Shown: one piece after another, positions 7,895 through 16,560 of the stretch
How the letters are laid out: the number at the start of each line of letters is the position of its first letter
Position numbering within the stretch: position 1 is the first letter of the stretch
DNA from: an uncultured bacterium
GTDB lineage: Bacteria; Lernaellota; Lernaellaia; Lernaellales; Lernaellaceae
Direction: 5' to 3'
Assembly: GCA_964534375.1 (NCBI GenBank)
Contig: CAZHPN010000066.1
Span: forward strand, 1 to 28,304
Length of the DNA: 28,304 nucleotides
Translations under genes and position numbers: made by a program
Notes under the pieces: generated by a model
Database searches by the model: none
The model's input: only the letters and a program-made list of their open reading frames with translations
What the model was told of the DNA's origin: nothing

Positions 7895-9096
7895 TAGTCG
7901 ACCCTTTCCAGCACGACCGAAACGGTCCACGCGCAAAGCGTGCCGCCGATCGATTGCACCAAACCGCGCCGCGCGTTCGGGGCTTGCCGCGCGCCGGCCT
8001 CGTTTCGCAACTGCCACACAACCTCGGAGGTTTGCATCAGTCCTGTCGCGCCGACGGCGTGGCCGCAGCCGATCAGCCCGCCGGAAAGATTGACCGGGAG
8101 TTTGCCCCCGGGCCAGACCGTGCCGTCGTCGATGAGCCGGCCGCCGTCGCCTGGTTCGCAGAAGAGGCAATCTTCATACGACATGATTTCCGTGCCGGTG
8201 AAGGCGTCGTGCAGTTCGGCCACGTCGAACTGGGCCAGCGGATCGGTGATGCCGGCCATCTCGTACGATTTCTGGGTGGCGACGCGGCAGCCGTGGAACT
8301 CGGCGATCGACTCGCGGTTTCCCGGATGCGCCCAATCGAGCGCCGCGCCCAGGCCCGTGATCCAGATCGGCGGCTTTTTCGGATGCATGTCCGCCACTTT
8401 TCGCCGCGACGCGAGCACCACCGCCGCCGCGCCCTCGGTGTAAAGGCAGTTGTCGAGCCGCTTGAACGGGTCGACGATCTTCGGCGATTTGAGCACGTCT
8501 TCCACGGTAATTTTCATGCCCGATTGCGCGCGCGGGTTCTTCAGCGCGTTGCCGTGGTTCTTCACCGAAACCTTGGCCATTTGCTCCGCGGTCGGCGTGC
8601 CGAACTTTTCCATGTGCGCGATCACCGCCAGCGCGAAACCTGAAGCCGCGGTGCGGCCGATCGGATTGTCATAGGTCATATCCGATGTGTAAAGAATGGC
8701 CCGCAGCACCTCGGGCACCGGGTTTTTGGTGTTGTAATCGTAGCAATCGGCGCACTTTTCCACGCCCAGCACCAGCACGATATCGTACAGGCCCGAGGCG
8801 ACCTCGGCGTAGCCGATGCGCAGCGCCGAGCCGCCGGTCGCGCCGCCGGTGTTGACGCGCACGGCCGGGATCGGCGGCAAACCGAGGTAGTCGTGGACGA
8901 AAGCGTCGGGCTGATACTGCCGCTGGAAAAAATCGTTGTAGATGCCGTAGACGGCCGCCTCGACGTCCGCCTTATCGATGCCGGCGTCCGCGAACGCCGC
9001 CTTCGCCGCTTCGTAGGCCAATTCAAAATAGGTTTTGTCCGGATGCCGCCCGCGAAAATTCGTGCAGCCGACCCCAATGATCGCCACGTCGCGCAT
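7894..9096 (-). CDS. SCP2-type thiolase-fold protein (nucleophilic Cys absent)
   Basis: VAIIGVG, KNHGNALKNPRA, EGAAAVVL, AELHDAF, VNLSGGLIGCGHAVGATG; GAGGAG RBS. Confidence 0.92.
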   Translation of the reverse strand: MRDVAIIGVGCTNFRGRHPDKTYFELAYEAAKAAFADAGIDKADVEAAVYGIYNDFFQRQYQPDAFVHDYLGLPPIPAVRVNTGGATGGSALRIGYAEVASGLYDIVLVLGVEKCADCYDYNTKNPVPEVLRAILYTSDMTYDNPIGRTAASGFALAVIAHMEKFGTPTAEQMAKVSVKNHGNALKNPRAQSGMKITVEDVLKSPKIVDPFKRLDNCLYTEGAAAVVLASRRKVADMHPKKPPIWITGLGAALDWAHPGNRESIAEFHGCRVATQKSYEMAGITDPLAQFDVAELHDAFTGTEIMSYEDCLFCEPGDGGRLIDDGTVWPGGKLPVNLSGGLIGCGHAVGATGLMQTSEVVWQLRNEAGARQAPNARRGLVQSIGGTLCAWTVSVVLERVD

Positions 9097-9267
9097 TTTT
9101 GCTCCTCAGGCACGTGCCTTGTTCTTGTCGCATTGCCGCCGATTCACGCGTCTGCCCGCGCAGACCTCACCCCGTCACGCTCAACGCTTGACTGCCCGTC
9201 TCCGCCGCGGAGAGGGGCCTGCGCGTGTCGCACGCTTGTCTTCGTTCAAAGATCAGTTGCCGCGCTT

Positions 9268-10125
9268 TCACTTTTGCAGCGGCGCCAGCCCCAGAATCTC
9301 CCGCGCCTCCGCCGGCGTGGCCGGTTCGAGGCCGAGTTCGCGTAGAATCCGCACCGACCGGGCCACCAATTGCGCATTGGATTGCACCAACTCGCCCTTG
9401 CGGTAATAGATATTGTCTTCCATCCCCACGCGGACATTGCCGCCCAGCAGCGCGCCGAGCGAGGTCAGCGGCAGTTGCGCCGAGCCGACCGCGCACACGT
9501 TGAACATCGCCTGCGGCGGCAAAAACTGGATCATCGACAGCAGCGTTTTCGCCGTCGCCGCCTCCGCGCCCTGGTGCGCCATGCCGAGCACGAGGTTGAT
9601 GACGTAGGGCGGTTTCACCAGGCCCTTCTCGATCAGGTTTTCGACCTCGCGGAACATCGCGTGCGAATAAACTTCCATTTCCGGCTTGATGCCGCGGTCG
9701 AGCAGGGCCTTGGCGAAGGTTTCGATGTCGTCGGTGGTGTTGCGGAAAATCGTATTGCGATATTGGCCCTTGGCCTTCGTGCGCACGAGCGTGCCCATGT
9801 TCAGCGAGGCCATTTCCGGGCCGGCGTCGATCACCGCCTGAATGCGCTGCTCGACGGTGAGGTTCGCGCCGCCGCCGGTGGTGTCCTGCAAGACGATGTC
9901 GCAGCGCTCGCGGATCAGTTCGTGAATGCGCCGGTACAGCGCGCCGTCGCCCGACATGGCGCCTTCCGGGTCGCGCGCGTGAATGTGGGCGATCGCGGCG
10001 CCTTCGTTGAACGATTCTTGCGCGTGGCGGGCGATTTCGTCGGGCTGCTCGGGAAGGTTGGGGTTCGCGGCCTTGGTGTGCATGCCGCCCGTCATGGCGA
10101 CGGTGATGATGATTGGTCGGCTCAT
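9268..10125 (-). CDS. beta-keto acid cleavage enzyme (BKACE/DUF849, 3-keto-5-aminohexanoate cleavage family)
   Basis: IITVAMTG, NPNLP..PDEIA, GAAIAHIHARD (HxH metal site), TTGG, PEMASLNMG, KPEME, GGNVRVGMEDN, SNAQLV, ATPAEAREILGL. Confidence 0.95.
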   Translation of the reverse strand: MSRPIIITVAMTGGMHTKAANPNLPEQPDEIARHAQESFNEGAAIAHIHARDPEGAMSGDGALYRRIHELIRERCDIVLQDTTGGGANLTVEQRIQAVIDAGPEMASLNMGTLVRTKAKGQYRNTIFRNTTDDIETFAKALLDRGIKPEMEVYSHAMFREVENLIEKGLVKPPYVINLVLGMAHQGAEAATAKTLLSMIQFLPPQAMFNVCAVGSAQLPLTSLGALLGGNVRVGMEDNIYYRKGELVQSNAQLVARSVRILRELGLEPATPAEAREILGLAPLQK

Positions 10126-10178
10126 GCTTCGTCCCTCACGCAGCTATCGCCGCGTTTTTTGCGATTTTTTTAATTTGA

Positions 10179-10267
10179 ACCACAGAGACACAGAGAACAC
10201 AGAGGAACACAAAGAAATCATCATTTAAATCACCTGTGCTTCTCTGTGTCCTCTGTGCCTATGTGGT
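10179..10267. repeat. intergenic inverted repeat built of CACAGAG units (REP/MITE-like)
   Basis: Left arm ACCACAGAGACACAGAGAACACAGAG (10179-10204) versus reverse complement of right arm 10242-10267 (ACCACATAGGCACAGAGGACACAGAG): 23/26 identical, with an AT-rich spacer. Confidence 0.8.
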
Positions 10268-10286
10268 GAATACTCATCCATTTCCT

Positions 10287-11444
10287 CTATTTCCGCGAAT
10301 AGCCGAACTCCTTGTAAACCTCGCGCGCGATCACCAGCGTCTGGATTTCGCTGGTGCCGGCGCCGATTTCGAGCAGGCGCGCGTCGCGCAGATGGTGCTC
10401 GATCGGGTATTCCTTCATGTAACCGTAACCGCCGAAAATCTGCAGCGCCTCGTTGGTCGTTTTGGTCACCATGCGCGAGGCGAAAAGCTTCGCCATCGCC
10501 GCCTGCCGGGTCACGCTTTTGCCCTGTTTGATCAGCTCGAGCAGGCCGTAGCAGAACGCCCGGACGATTTCCAGGTTCATCGCCATTTCGGCGATTTTTT
10601 GCTGCACCAACTGATACGACGCGATCGGCTTGCCGAATTGCGCGCGCTCGTGGGCGTATTTCACCGAGGCTTCGAGGCAGGCCATCGAAACGCCGATGCT
10701 GGAAAACGGCGACAGGCTGCGCTCCACGTCAAGCGAACTCAGCGTCTGCCTGAGTCCCTTGCCGACCTCGCCGAGCACGTGCTCGCGGCCGACTTTGACG
10801 TCTTCGAGAAAGATTTCCCCCGTGGGCGACGACATGCAGCCCAGCTTTTTCATCGGCTCGCTGGTCGTCATCCCCTTCATGCCGCGTTCGAGCACGAAGC
10901 TCGTGCCGCCTTCCAGGCCCTTCGTCCCCGGCGCGCGCGCGATCACAATCAGATAATCGGCGATCGGCGCATTGGTGATAAACGTCTTTTGGCCGTTGAG
11001 CACGAAGCCGTCGCCGGCCGGCTCCCAGCGCGTGGTGATCGACAGCGCATCGGAACCGGAACCGGGCTCCGTCAGCGCCCAGCCGCCGATTTTCTCGCCC
11101 GCAATGATCGCCGGCAGAAAACGGGCCTTCTGTTCCTTGCTGCCGAATTTGGCGATGTTGTTGGCGAACAGCAGATCCGACGCGTTGACCGAAACGTTGT
11201 AGCCGAGGTTCACCCGGCAGTTCTCTTCGTAAATCACTGCTTTGGCGACCAAGTCGCCCGAGCCGCCGTATTCCTCCGGCAGGTGCGCGCCGACGTAGCC
11301 CAGCTTGGCCGCCTGGCGATACACATCGAGCGGAAACCGCCCCTGTTCGTCAAGCTGGGGGCCGAGCGGGCCGAGCACCTCTTCGTTGAATTTCCGGACG
11401 TTTCTGCGCAGTTCCTGGTATTCCGGACTTAGGTCGTCGAACAT
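10287..11444 (-). CDS. acyl-CoA dehydrogenase, isovaleryl-CoA dehydrogenase-like
   Basis: WALTEPGSGSDA, LNGQKTFITNAP, LDVER (Glu at the IVD/LCAD position), RDARLLEIGAGTSEIQ (IVD-like EIGAGTSE). Confidence 0.93.
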   Translation of the reverse strand: MFDDLSPEYQELRRNVRKFNEEVLGPLGPQLDEQGRFPLDVYRQAAKLGYVGAHLPEEYGGSGDLVAKAVIYEENCRVNLGYNVSVNASDLLFANNIAKFGSKEQKARFLPAIIAGEKIGGWALTEPGSGSDALSITTRWEPAGDGFVLNGQKTFITNAPIADYLIVIARAPGTKGLEGGTSFVLERGMKGMTTSEPMKKLGCMSSPTGEIFLEDVKVGREHVLGEVGKGLRQTLSSLDVERSLSPFSSIGVSMACLEASVKYAHERAQFGKPIASYQLVQQKIAEMAMNLEIVRAFCYGLLELIKQGKSVTRQAAMAKLFASRMVTKTTNEALQIFGGYGYMKEYPIEHHLRDARLLEIGAGTSEIQTLVIAREVYKEFGYSRK

Positions 11445-11834
11445 TCGCGATTCCCCTCTCCCGAAACAAGACGTTCCATCGGGACGGAAGTCGCCGAGTC
11501 CTCAAGAATCACAGCACAATTTGGTTCAGTTGCCAGATCGGCAGAAGCTTAACACTCTAGAAATAATCGGTCAAGGTTCGCGCCGGTGTTGAGGGGATTC
11601 ATGGCGCGCGGGGGTCGGCGGCAAGCGCCCACACGATTACGGGGCTTTCGCCTCGTGATTCGCCGTTCACGCCTCCGCTGGCGTGACGTCTCAAAGTTCG
11701 CCACGGTCGCATAGGACCTATGGGATCGTCGCCTATCTCACCAACACCCGCCGCTTGACGCGCCGCACGTCACGAAGGCCGCGCCCGACCAGCCTCGGGG
11801 TCTCAGCCCCGGGCCCTCGCCCGCCGCGATTGCC

Positions 11835-13583
11835 TCATTCGAGCGTCATCTTCTCGATGATAAACGCTTCGCACGCGGCCGGGCCGATCTCGAGTTCGAA
11901 CAAGCGGCCGGCGGCCGGCGTGGGCAAGGGCAAATCGATCACGCCGTTGGCGAAGCCCGCGGCGGTCGTTTCGCCGAGCAGCGCGCCCCGCTTGCCGGTG
12001 TTCTCGATGCGATAAAAGGCGACGCGCGTGTCGCCCGGGCGGGCGCAGAAAAAATCGAGCGCGAGCCGCTGGGGCCGCACCTCTTTCCAGTACGTGAATT
12101 TCAGCCCGACCGTCGGATTGCGGCATTCGGGCGGGTCCGCATCGGTGCAAATCCGCCGCCGGAATTTGTCTTTCTCGCCTTTGGCCGGATTGAAGAGCGC
12201 CAGATAATCAACGCCGATCATGCCCGGCGCACTCGCGACGGCCATCAGCGATTCCGCCATGCCGCCGGCGGTCTCCAGCGGCGCCGTGAGCAGCGCGCGT
12301 TCGCTCTCCCAATATTGCCGCAGGTCGCCGGCGCTCAGCCAGCAGAGGGCCGCCGCCGCCAGGCCGACCGCGACCGCGGCCGGCGCGGCGCCGCGGTCCC
12401 CCGCCCAGGCTTTTTTCACCAGCGCACCGCACGCGTAAACCGGCACGGCGAGCGAGAGCGCGACCCAGAGCGATAACTGCTGGATGAAGGTAATGGGGTC
12501 GTGGAGAAAGGCGTCTCTCATGACCAGGCACCACAGCAGCGAGCCGGCGAACAGAAAAACGCCGCGAATGAATGCGGCCCGATTCGCCACTTCCTGTTTT
12601 TGCGCGGCGGCCAGCGCCAGCAGGCCGATCGTCAGCGCGCTCGGCAGAAAAAACCACCCGCCGAAGCCGGCGTCGCGCGACAGCACGTGCGCCGCGCGCG
12701 CCAAATAGATCCCGTAGGTCGGGTAATGCACGAGTTCGACGGTGTCGCCCAACATGGCCGACCGCTCGATGAAAGATGAAGACAGGTCGTGAACGGCGGC
12801 GGCGAACGAACCGAGCGAGACCAGTTGCAGAAAGTGCGCGAGAAACGCGGCCGGCCCGCCGAGCGCCGCGAGAAAATATCCCCGCCATTTGTCGCGGTTG
12901 TCGGACAGCAGGAAGCCCAGGATGATGAACACGGTCGCGATCTGGTAAACAAAGGCGCACGTGCCCTGCCAGAACGCGCCGGCGAAAGCCGCGGCGACGC
13001 CCCACCGGCTGCGGTTCTTCGCGTACATCGCCAGCCCGAGCAGCAGCAGCGATTGGTGCGGCAATTGAAAGGCATATTCGTAGATGCCGTGCGCGCGCAT
13101 CCAGAAGTGCGGATTGGCCAGAATCGCCGCGACCATCAGCAGGCCGAAAACGCGGTTCTTCAGCAAGGCCATGGCCTGAAACAACACCGCCAGCGCCGCC
13201 ACGTTGAGCGCAATCGAAAACCATCGCAACCCATGCAGCGAACTAACGCCCAGCAGGTGCAGCGCGCCGAAAAAAACCTCGCTGAAGGGCGGGATGTGCG
13301 TGTACAAACACGGACCAGGTCGGTAGTCGCCCGGCGGACACACGTCGGGCAGGAAATGGGTCGCCGCCAGCCCATGGAAACAAAACGATGCGATGGCCGA
13401 GACGACGTGGTTTTCCCACGTGCAGTTCGGATACAAGAACGAACTGCGCGGCAGCGAATTTCGCCAGCCCAAGGCGAGAAACGCGGCCACGATCAGCGCG
13501 GCCGTCAACGCTCCGACGATGGCGTTCGACCGCGCCGGCGGAATTTCGGACGCGTCGTCGCGGCGGCCGTCGCCCGCGTTCAC
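11835..13583 (-). CDS. polytopic membrane protein, possibly GT-C/ArnT-like glycosyltransferase
   Basis: About ten hydrophobic segments, an early extracytoplasmic loop with YTHIPP (resembles the YxHxPP of ArnT/PMT-like proteins) and a soluble C-terminal domain. Start and function are uncertain. Confidence 0.6.
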   Translation of the reverse strand: MNAGDGRRDDASEIPPARSNAIVGALTAALIVAAFLALGWRNSLPRSSFLYPNCTWENHVVSAIASFCFHGLAATHFLPDVCPPGDYRPGPCLYTHIPPFSEVFFGALHLLGVSSLHGLRWFSIALNVAALAVLFQAMALLKNRVFGLLMVAAILANPHFWMRAHGIYEYAFQLPHQSLLLLGLAMYAKNRSRWGVAAAFAGAFWQGTCAFVYQIATVFIILGFLLSDNRDKWRGYFLAALGGPAAFLAHFLQLVSLGSFAAAVHDLSSSFIERSAMLGDTVELVHYPTYGIYLARAAHVLSRDAGFGGWFFLPSALTIGLLALAAAQKQEVANRAAFIRGVFLFAGSLLWCLVMRDAFLHDPITFIQQLSLWVALSLAVPVYACGALVKKAWAGDRGAAPAAVAVGLAAAALCWLSAGDLRQYWESERALLTAPLETAGGMAESLMAVASAPGMIGVDYLALFNPAKGEKDKFRRRICTDADPPECRNPTVGLKFTYWKEVRPQRLALDFFCARPGDTRVAFYRIENTGKRGALLGETTAAGFANGVIDLPLPTPAAGRLFELEIGPAACEAFIIEKMTLE

Positions 13584-13628
13584 CGTTCGCTTCCCCGCGC
13601 CGTTTGCCGCATTTTGCCGTCCCGAGGG

Positions 13629-15857
13629 CTAATCGTTCGACGTCTCGCGCCGTTGCTCTTTCAGGCGCGCGTTTTCTTCCTGCGCGCTCACAAGTTCGGT
13701 GACATCGTGGGCCGCGACGACCAGATACGGCGGCCGGCCGGCCGCGCCGGCAACCAACGAGGCGTCGATGCGGGCCCAGATCGTCACGCCGTCGCCCCGG
13801 ACGAACTTTTCAACGCGCGATCCGCGTCCGTGCGGGCTCGCCGCCATTTCGTTGAAGAAATTCCAAAACGCCGCAGCCTCCGCCGGGTGCCGCAGGCCCG
13901 GATAGCCGTGCCTGGCCAGCGCTTCGGGCGGGTAACCGCTCATTTTCATCAGCGCCGGATTCGCCTGCAAGACCGCGCCGTCCATGCCGATGATGCCGAT
14001 GCCGACCGCCGCGCCGTCGAACACCGCGCGGAACTTCTCCTCGCTTTGCCGCAAGGCCTCGGCGGCGGCTTTGCGGTCCGTGACGTCCAGCGCCGTGAAC
14101 GTCAGGTCGCCCGTAGGCGCAGCCGGATGCAACGGCGCCAGATTGAGCTGCACGTCGATGACCCGGCCGTCCTTGCGCCGGAAGCGCGTCTCGACGGCGG
14201 CGACCGCGCATTCGCGAAGCTGCGCCGTCACTTCCTGCCCGACGCGCTCGAATTCCGCCGGCGAAACGTAGAGCAACACGGCGCTTTGACCGACCAGTTC
14301 TTCGCGCGCATATCCCGACAATTCGCAGACGCGGTCGTTGACTTCCTTCAAGATGCGGTTGGCGACGACGCCGATGCCGACGGGCGCGGCGCGGAAAATG
14401 CTCTGCAGGCGGTCTTGCTGCGCGTTCAGCGCGAGTTCCATCTGTTTCGATTTGGTGATGTCGATCATCACGGCCTGGACCCGGGTCCAGTTGCCTTCGT
14501 CGTCGGCGAGCAAACGGACGTGCCCCTCCATCCAGTGATATTCGCCGGCGGCGTCGCGCAGCCGAAATTGCGCCGGGCGGGGCCGGAGCCCGAGGCGCAG
14601 ATTCTCTTCGATTTGCGCAAACATCCGGCTGCCGTCGTCGGGGTGGGCGATGTCCAGCCAGCGGACCCGGCCTGCGATCACGTCCTCGGCCAGATATCCC
14701 AATTGCGCCACGTTGTCGGAGATGAACTCGATCGGCCAATCCGCGCAAATGCGCGCCAAAATCACGATCGCCGGGCTTTGATTGACCATCGAACGGAACG
14801 ACTCCAGGCGCTGCACCGTGCGCCGCAACGCGTCTTCCGCGCGCAGGCGATCGGTGACGTCGACGCCCAGAATCGCCAACCGCGTGACGTAGCCGAGCAC
14901 ATCGAACACCGGGCAGACGATGTTGTCGTAGGTCCGGCCGGAACGTTGGTCGACAAAACGCTGCCGCTGGCCGGTGCGGACGGCCGCCTGAATGCGCTGC
15001 CGGCGGTGCGCCATCTCCGTCGGGAAAAAATCGTACAGGCAACTGCCCAGCAGCTCTTCCTGCGTCGTGCCGAAGCGCCGGGCGGCCTCCTCGTTGCACT
15101 GAATCACCTTCCCGGTCGGCGCCAGCAGGCACGCCGTCTCGGGGATCGCATCCACCAAGGCCATCAACGACTCGCGTTCTTCGCGAATCTGGCGCTCGAT
15201 CTTCTCGCGTTCGACGACCTCCGAAAGCAGGCGGTCCAACTCGCCGACGCCGCGGTTCGGCCCCAGCAACTCTTCCGGCGATAGATAGTTGAAGTTTCGC
15301 GCCACCGACCCGTCATACGCCAGCAACGGATAGGTGTTGAGCGCGCTGCGCACCGCCGCCGGCGAAAAAACCCCGCGGTCCCAGGCGAACAGGCCCAGCA
15401 CGTTCTCCGCCCGCGCGAACTGCGACATCCGCGCCTCGAATTCCAGAATTCGCTGTTCGCTCGAGTGCGCCCCGAGCAGCCAGGCCATGTCGCAGGCCAG
15501 GCGCAGTTCCTCGTGCGGGTTTTTCGCGGCCTCCCGCCGCCACTGCGCAAGGCGCTCGAAGAACAGTTCGGTCTGAAAACGGCCGGCGCGGCGGAAGGCG
15601 CGCCGCTCGGAAATCATGTGGAGCGCGCCGTCCGGCCGCGGCGCCGCGCCGCCGACCGCGGCGAGGATCGCCGCCGCGTCCGCCGGGGCCGCGAGCAGCA
15701 GGCACGGGTCTTTTTTCCGGAGCCCGAGTTTCAAGAATTGGCTCGCGGCGGCGCATTGTTCGCTTTTTTCTCGGTAGATCAGGCAGAGGCGCTGGTGCGG
15801 CCACGTTCGGCGCAAGGCGTCGACGGCTGCGAGATTTTCCCAGGATGTTGCGGCCAT
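13629..15857 (-). CDS. MEDS domain plus four PAS domains sensor protein, no output domain
   Basis: MEDS: CLIYR, RLACDMAWLL, LEFEA, DR..FSP, NFNY. PAS starts at LVDAIPE, MVNQSPA, IFRAAPVGI and VFDGAAVGI, each closing with D(I/V)T. GAGGGAGG-like RBS upstream. Confidence 0.88.
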   Translation of the reverse strand: MAATSWENLAAVDALRRTWPHQRLCLIYREKSEQCAAASQFLKLGLRKKDPCLLLAAPADAAAILAAVGGAAPRPDGALHMISERRAFRRAGRFQTELFFERLAQWRREAAKNPHEELRLACDMAWLLGAHSSEQRILEFEARMSQFARAENVLGLFAWDRGVFSPAAVRSALNTYPLLAYDGSVARNFNYLSPEELLGPNRGVGELDRLLSEVVEREKIERQIREERESLMALVDAIPETACLLAPTGKVIQCNEEAARRFGTTQEELLGSCLYDFFPTEMAHRRQRIQAAVRTGQRQRFVDQRSGRTYDNIVCPVFDVLGYVTRLAILGVDVTDRLRAEDALRRTVQRLESFRSMVNQSPAIVILARICADWPIEFISDNVAQLGYLAEDVIAGRVRWLDIAHPDDGSRMFAQIEENLRLGLRPRPAQFRLRDAAGEYHWMEGHVRLLADDEGNWTRVQAVMIDITKSKQMELALNAQQDRLQSIFRAAPVGIGVVANRILKEVNDRVCELSGYAREELVGQSAVLLYVSPAEFERVGQEVTAQLRECAVAAVETRFRRKDGRVIDVQLNLAPLHPAAPTGDLTFTALDVTDRKAAAEALRQSEEKFRAVFDGAAVGIGIIGMDGAVLQANPALMKMSGYPPEALARHGYPGLRHPAEAAAFWNFFNEMAASPHGRGSRVEKFVRGDGVTIWARIDASLVAGAAGRPPYLVVAAHDVTELVSAQEENARLKEQRRETSND

Positions 15858-16010
15858 TCTTCGCCCCTCCCTCGCCGCGCGCCCCGCTCCGGCGCCGAAC
15901 TCGGCGGCGATTTCATCCTACCCGCCGGCAGCGGACCGAACAAGCGCCGAATCTCGGGGACACAAGACATAATCGGTCTCGCCTCTTCCCCAAATTCCGA
16001 TAGTTCCAAA

Positions 16011-16499
16011 TTATGGCCGGGGCCGCAGCGGCTTGGGCAGCGCGTGGCGGCGCAAGGCGCCGGGGCCGGGAATCGGACGCACGGCCGACGGTCGAATCGC
16101 CTCGCCGCACTCCGAACAAATCAACCTGGGACGCAGGGTGTGTGGTGGTTGCCCGTGCAGCAGGTGCAGCACGGGCCCGTCCGGACTCTCCCAGGCGTCG
16201 GCCCACGCGACGAGGGCGATGATCACCGGGTAGAGGTCCTTCCCTTTCGCGGTGAGACGGTACCGGTAGCGAGGCGGGTGCTCCGAATAAAGCTCACGCT
16301 GCAAGACGTGTCGATCTTCGAGCTTTCGCAGACGATGCGTCAGCACCTTGCGCGAAATTCCGAGGTCATCTTGCAAGTCGTCGAAGGAATCGATTCCGTA
16401 GAAGAGGTCGCGCACGACCAACAGGCTCCACCACTCGCCCACCACGCCCAGCGCGCGGGCCAGGGGGCATTCCAGGTGACTGAAATCGTCCAACCGCAT
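16011..16499 (-). CDS. HxlR-family winged-helix transcriptional regulator
   Basis: CPLARALGVVGEWWSLLVVRDLF.G...FDDLQ..LGISR.VL..RL..L, YSEHPPRY.Y.LT.KG.DL, C-terminal H...CSEC. Confidence 0.93.
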   Translation of the reverse strand: MRLDDFSHLECPLARALGVVGEWWSLLVVRDLFYGIDSFDDLQDDLGISRKVLTHRLRKLEDRHVLQRELYSEHPPRYRYRLTAKGKDLYPVIIALVAWADAWESPDGPVLHLLHGQPPHTLRPRLICSECGEAIRPSAVRPIPGPGALRRHALPKPLRPRP

Positions 16500-16523
16500 C
16501 TTGACCCTCGATCGGTCCCGGTA

Positions 16524-16544
16524 TAAGTTCCTTTACGAAACTTA
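16524..16544. promoter_or_regulatory. palindromic operator candidate TAAGTT-N9-AACTTA between the divergent HxlR and PaaI genes
   Basis: Perfect 6-bp inverted repeat in the 61-bp AT-richer divergent spacer. Confidence 0.6.
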
Positions 16545-16560
16545 CACGAGGACGAGACCG

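Noticed and set aside
7895..8170. N-terminal 92 aa of the 277-aa ORF
   Set aside because: Overlaps the thiolase in another frame; the real DUF35 start is the coupled ATG at 7894.
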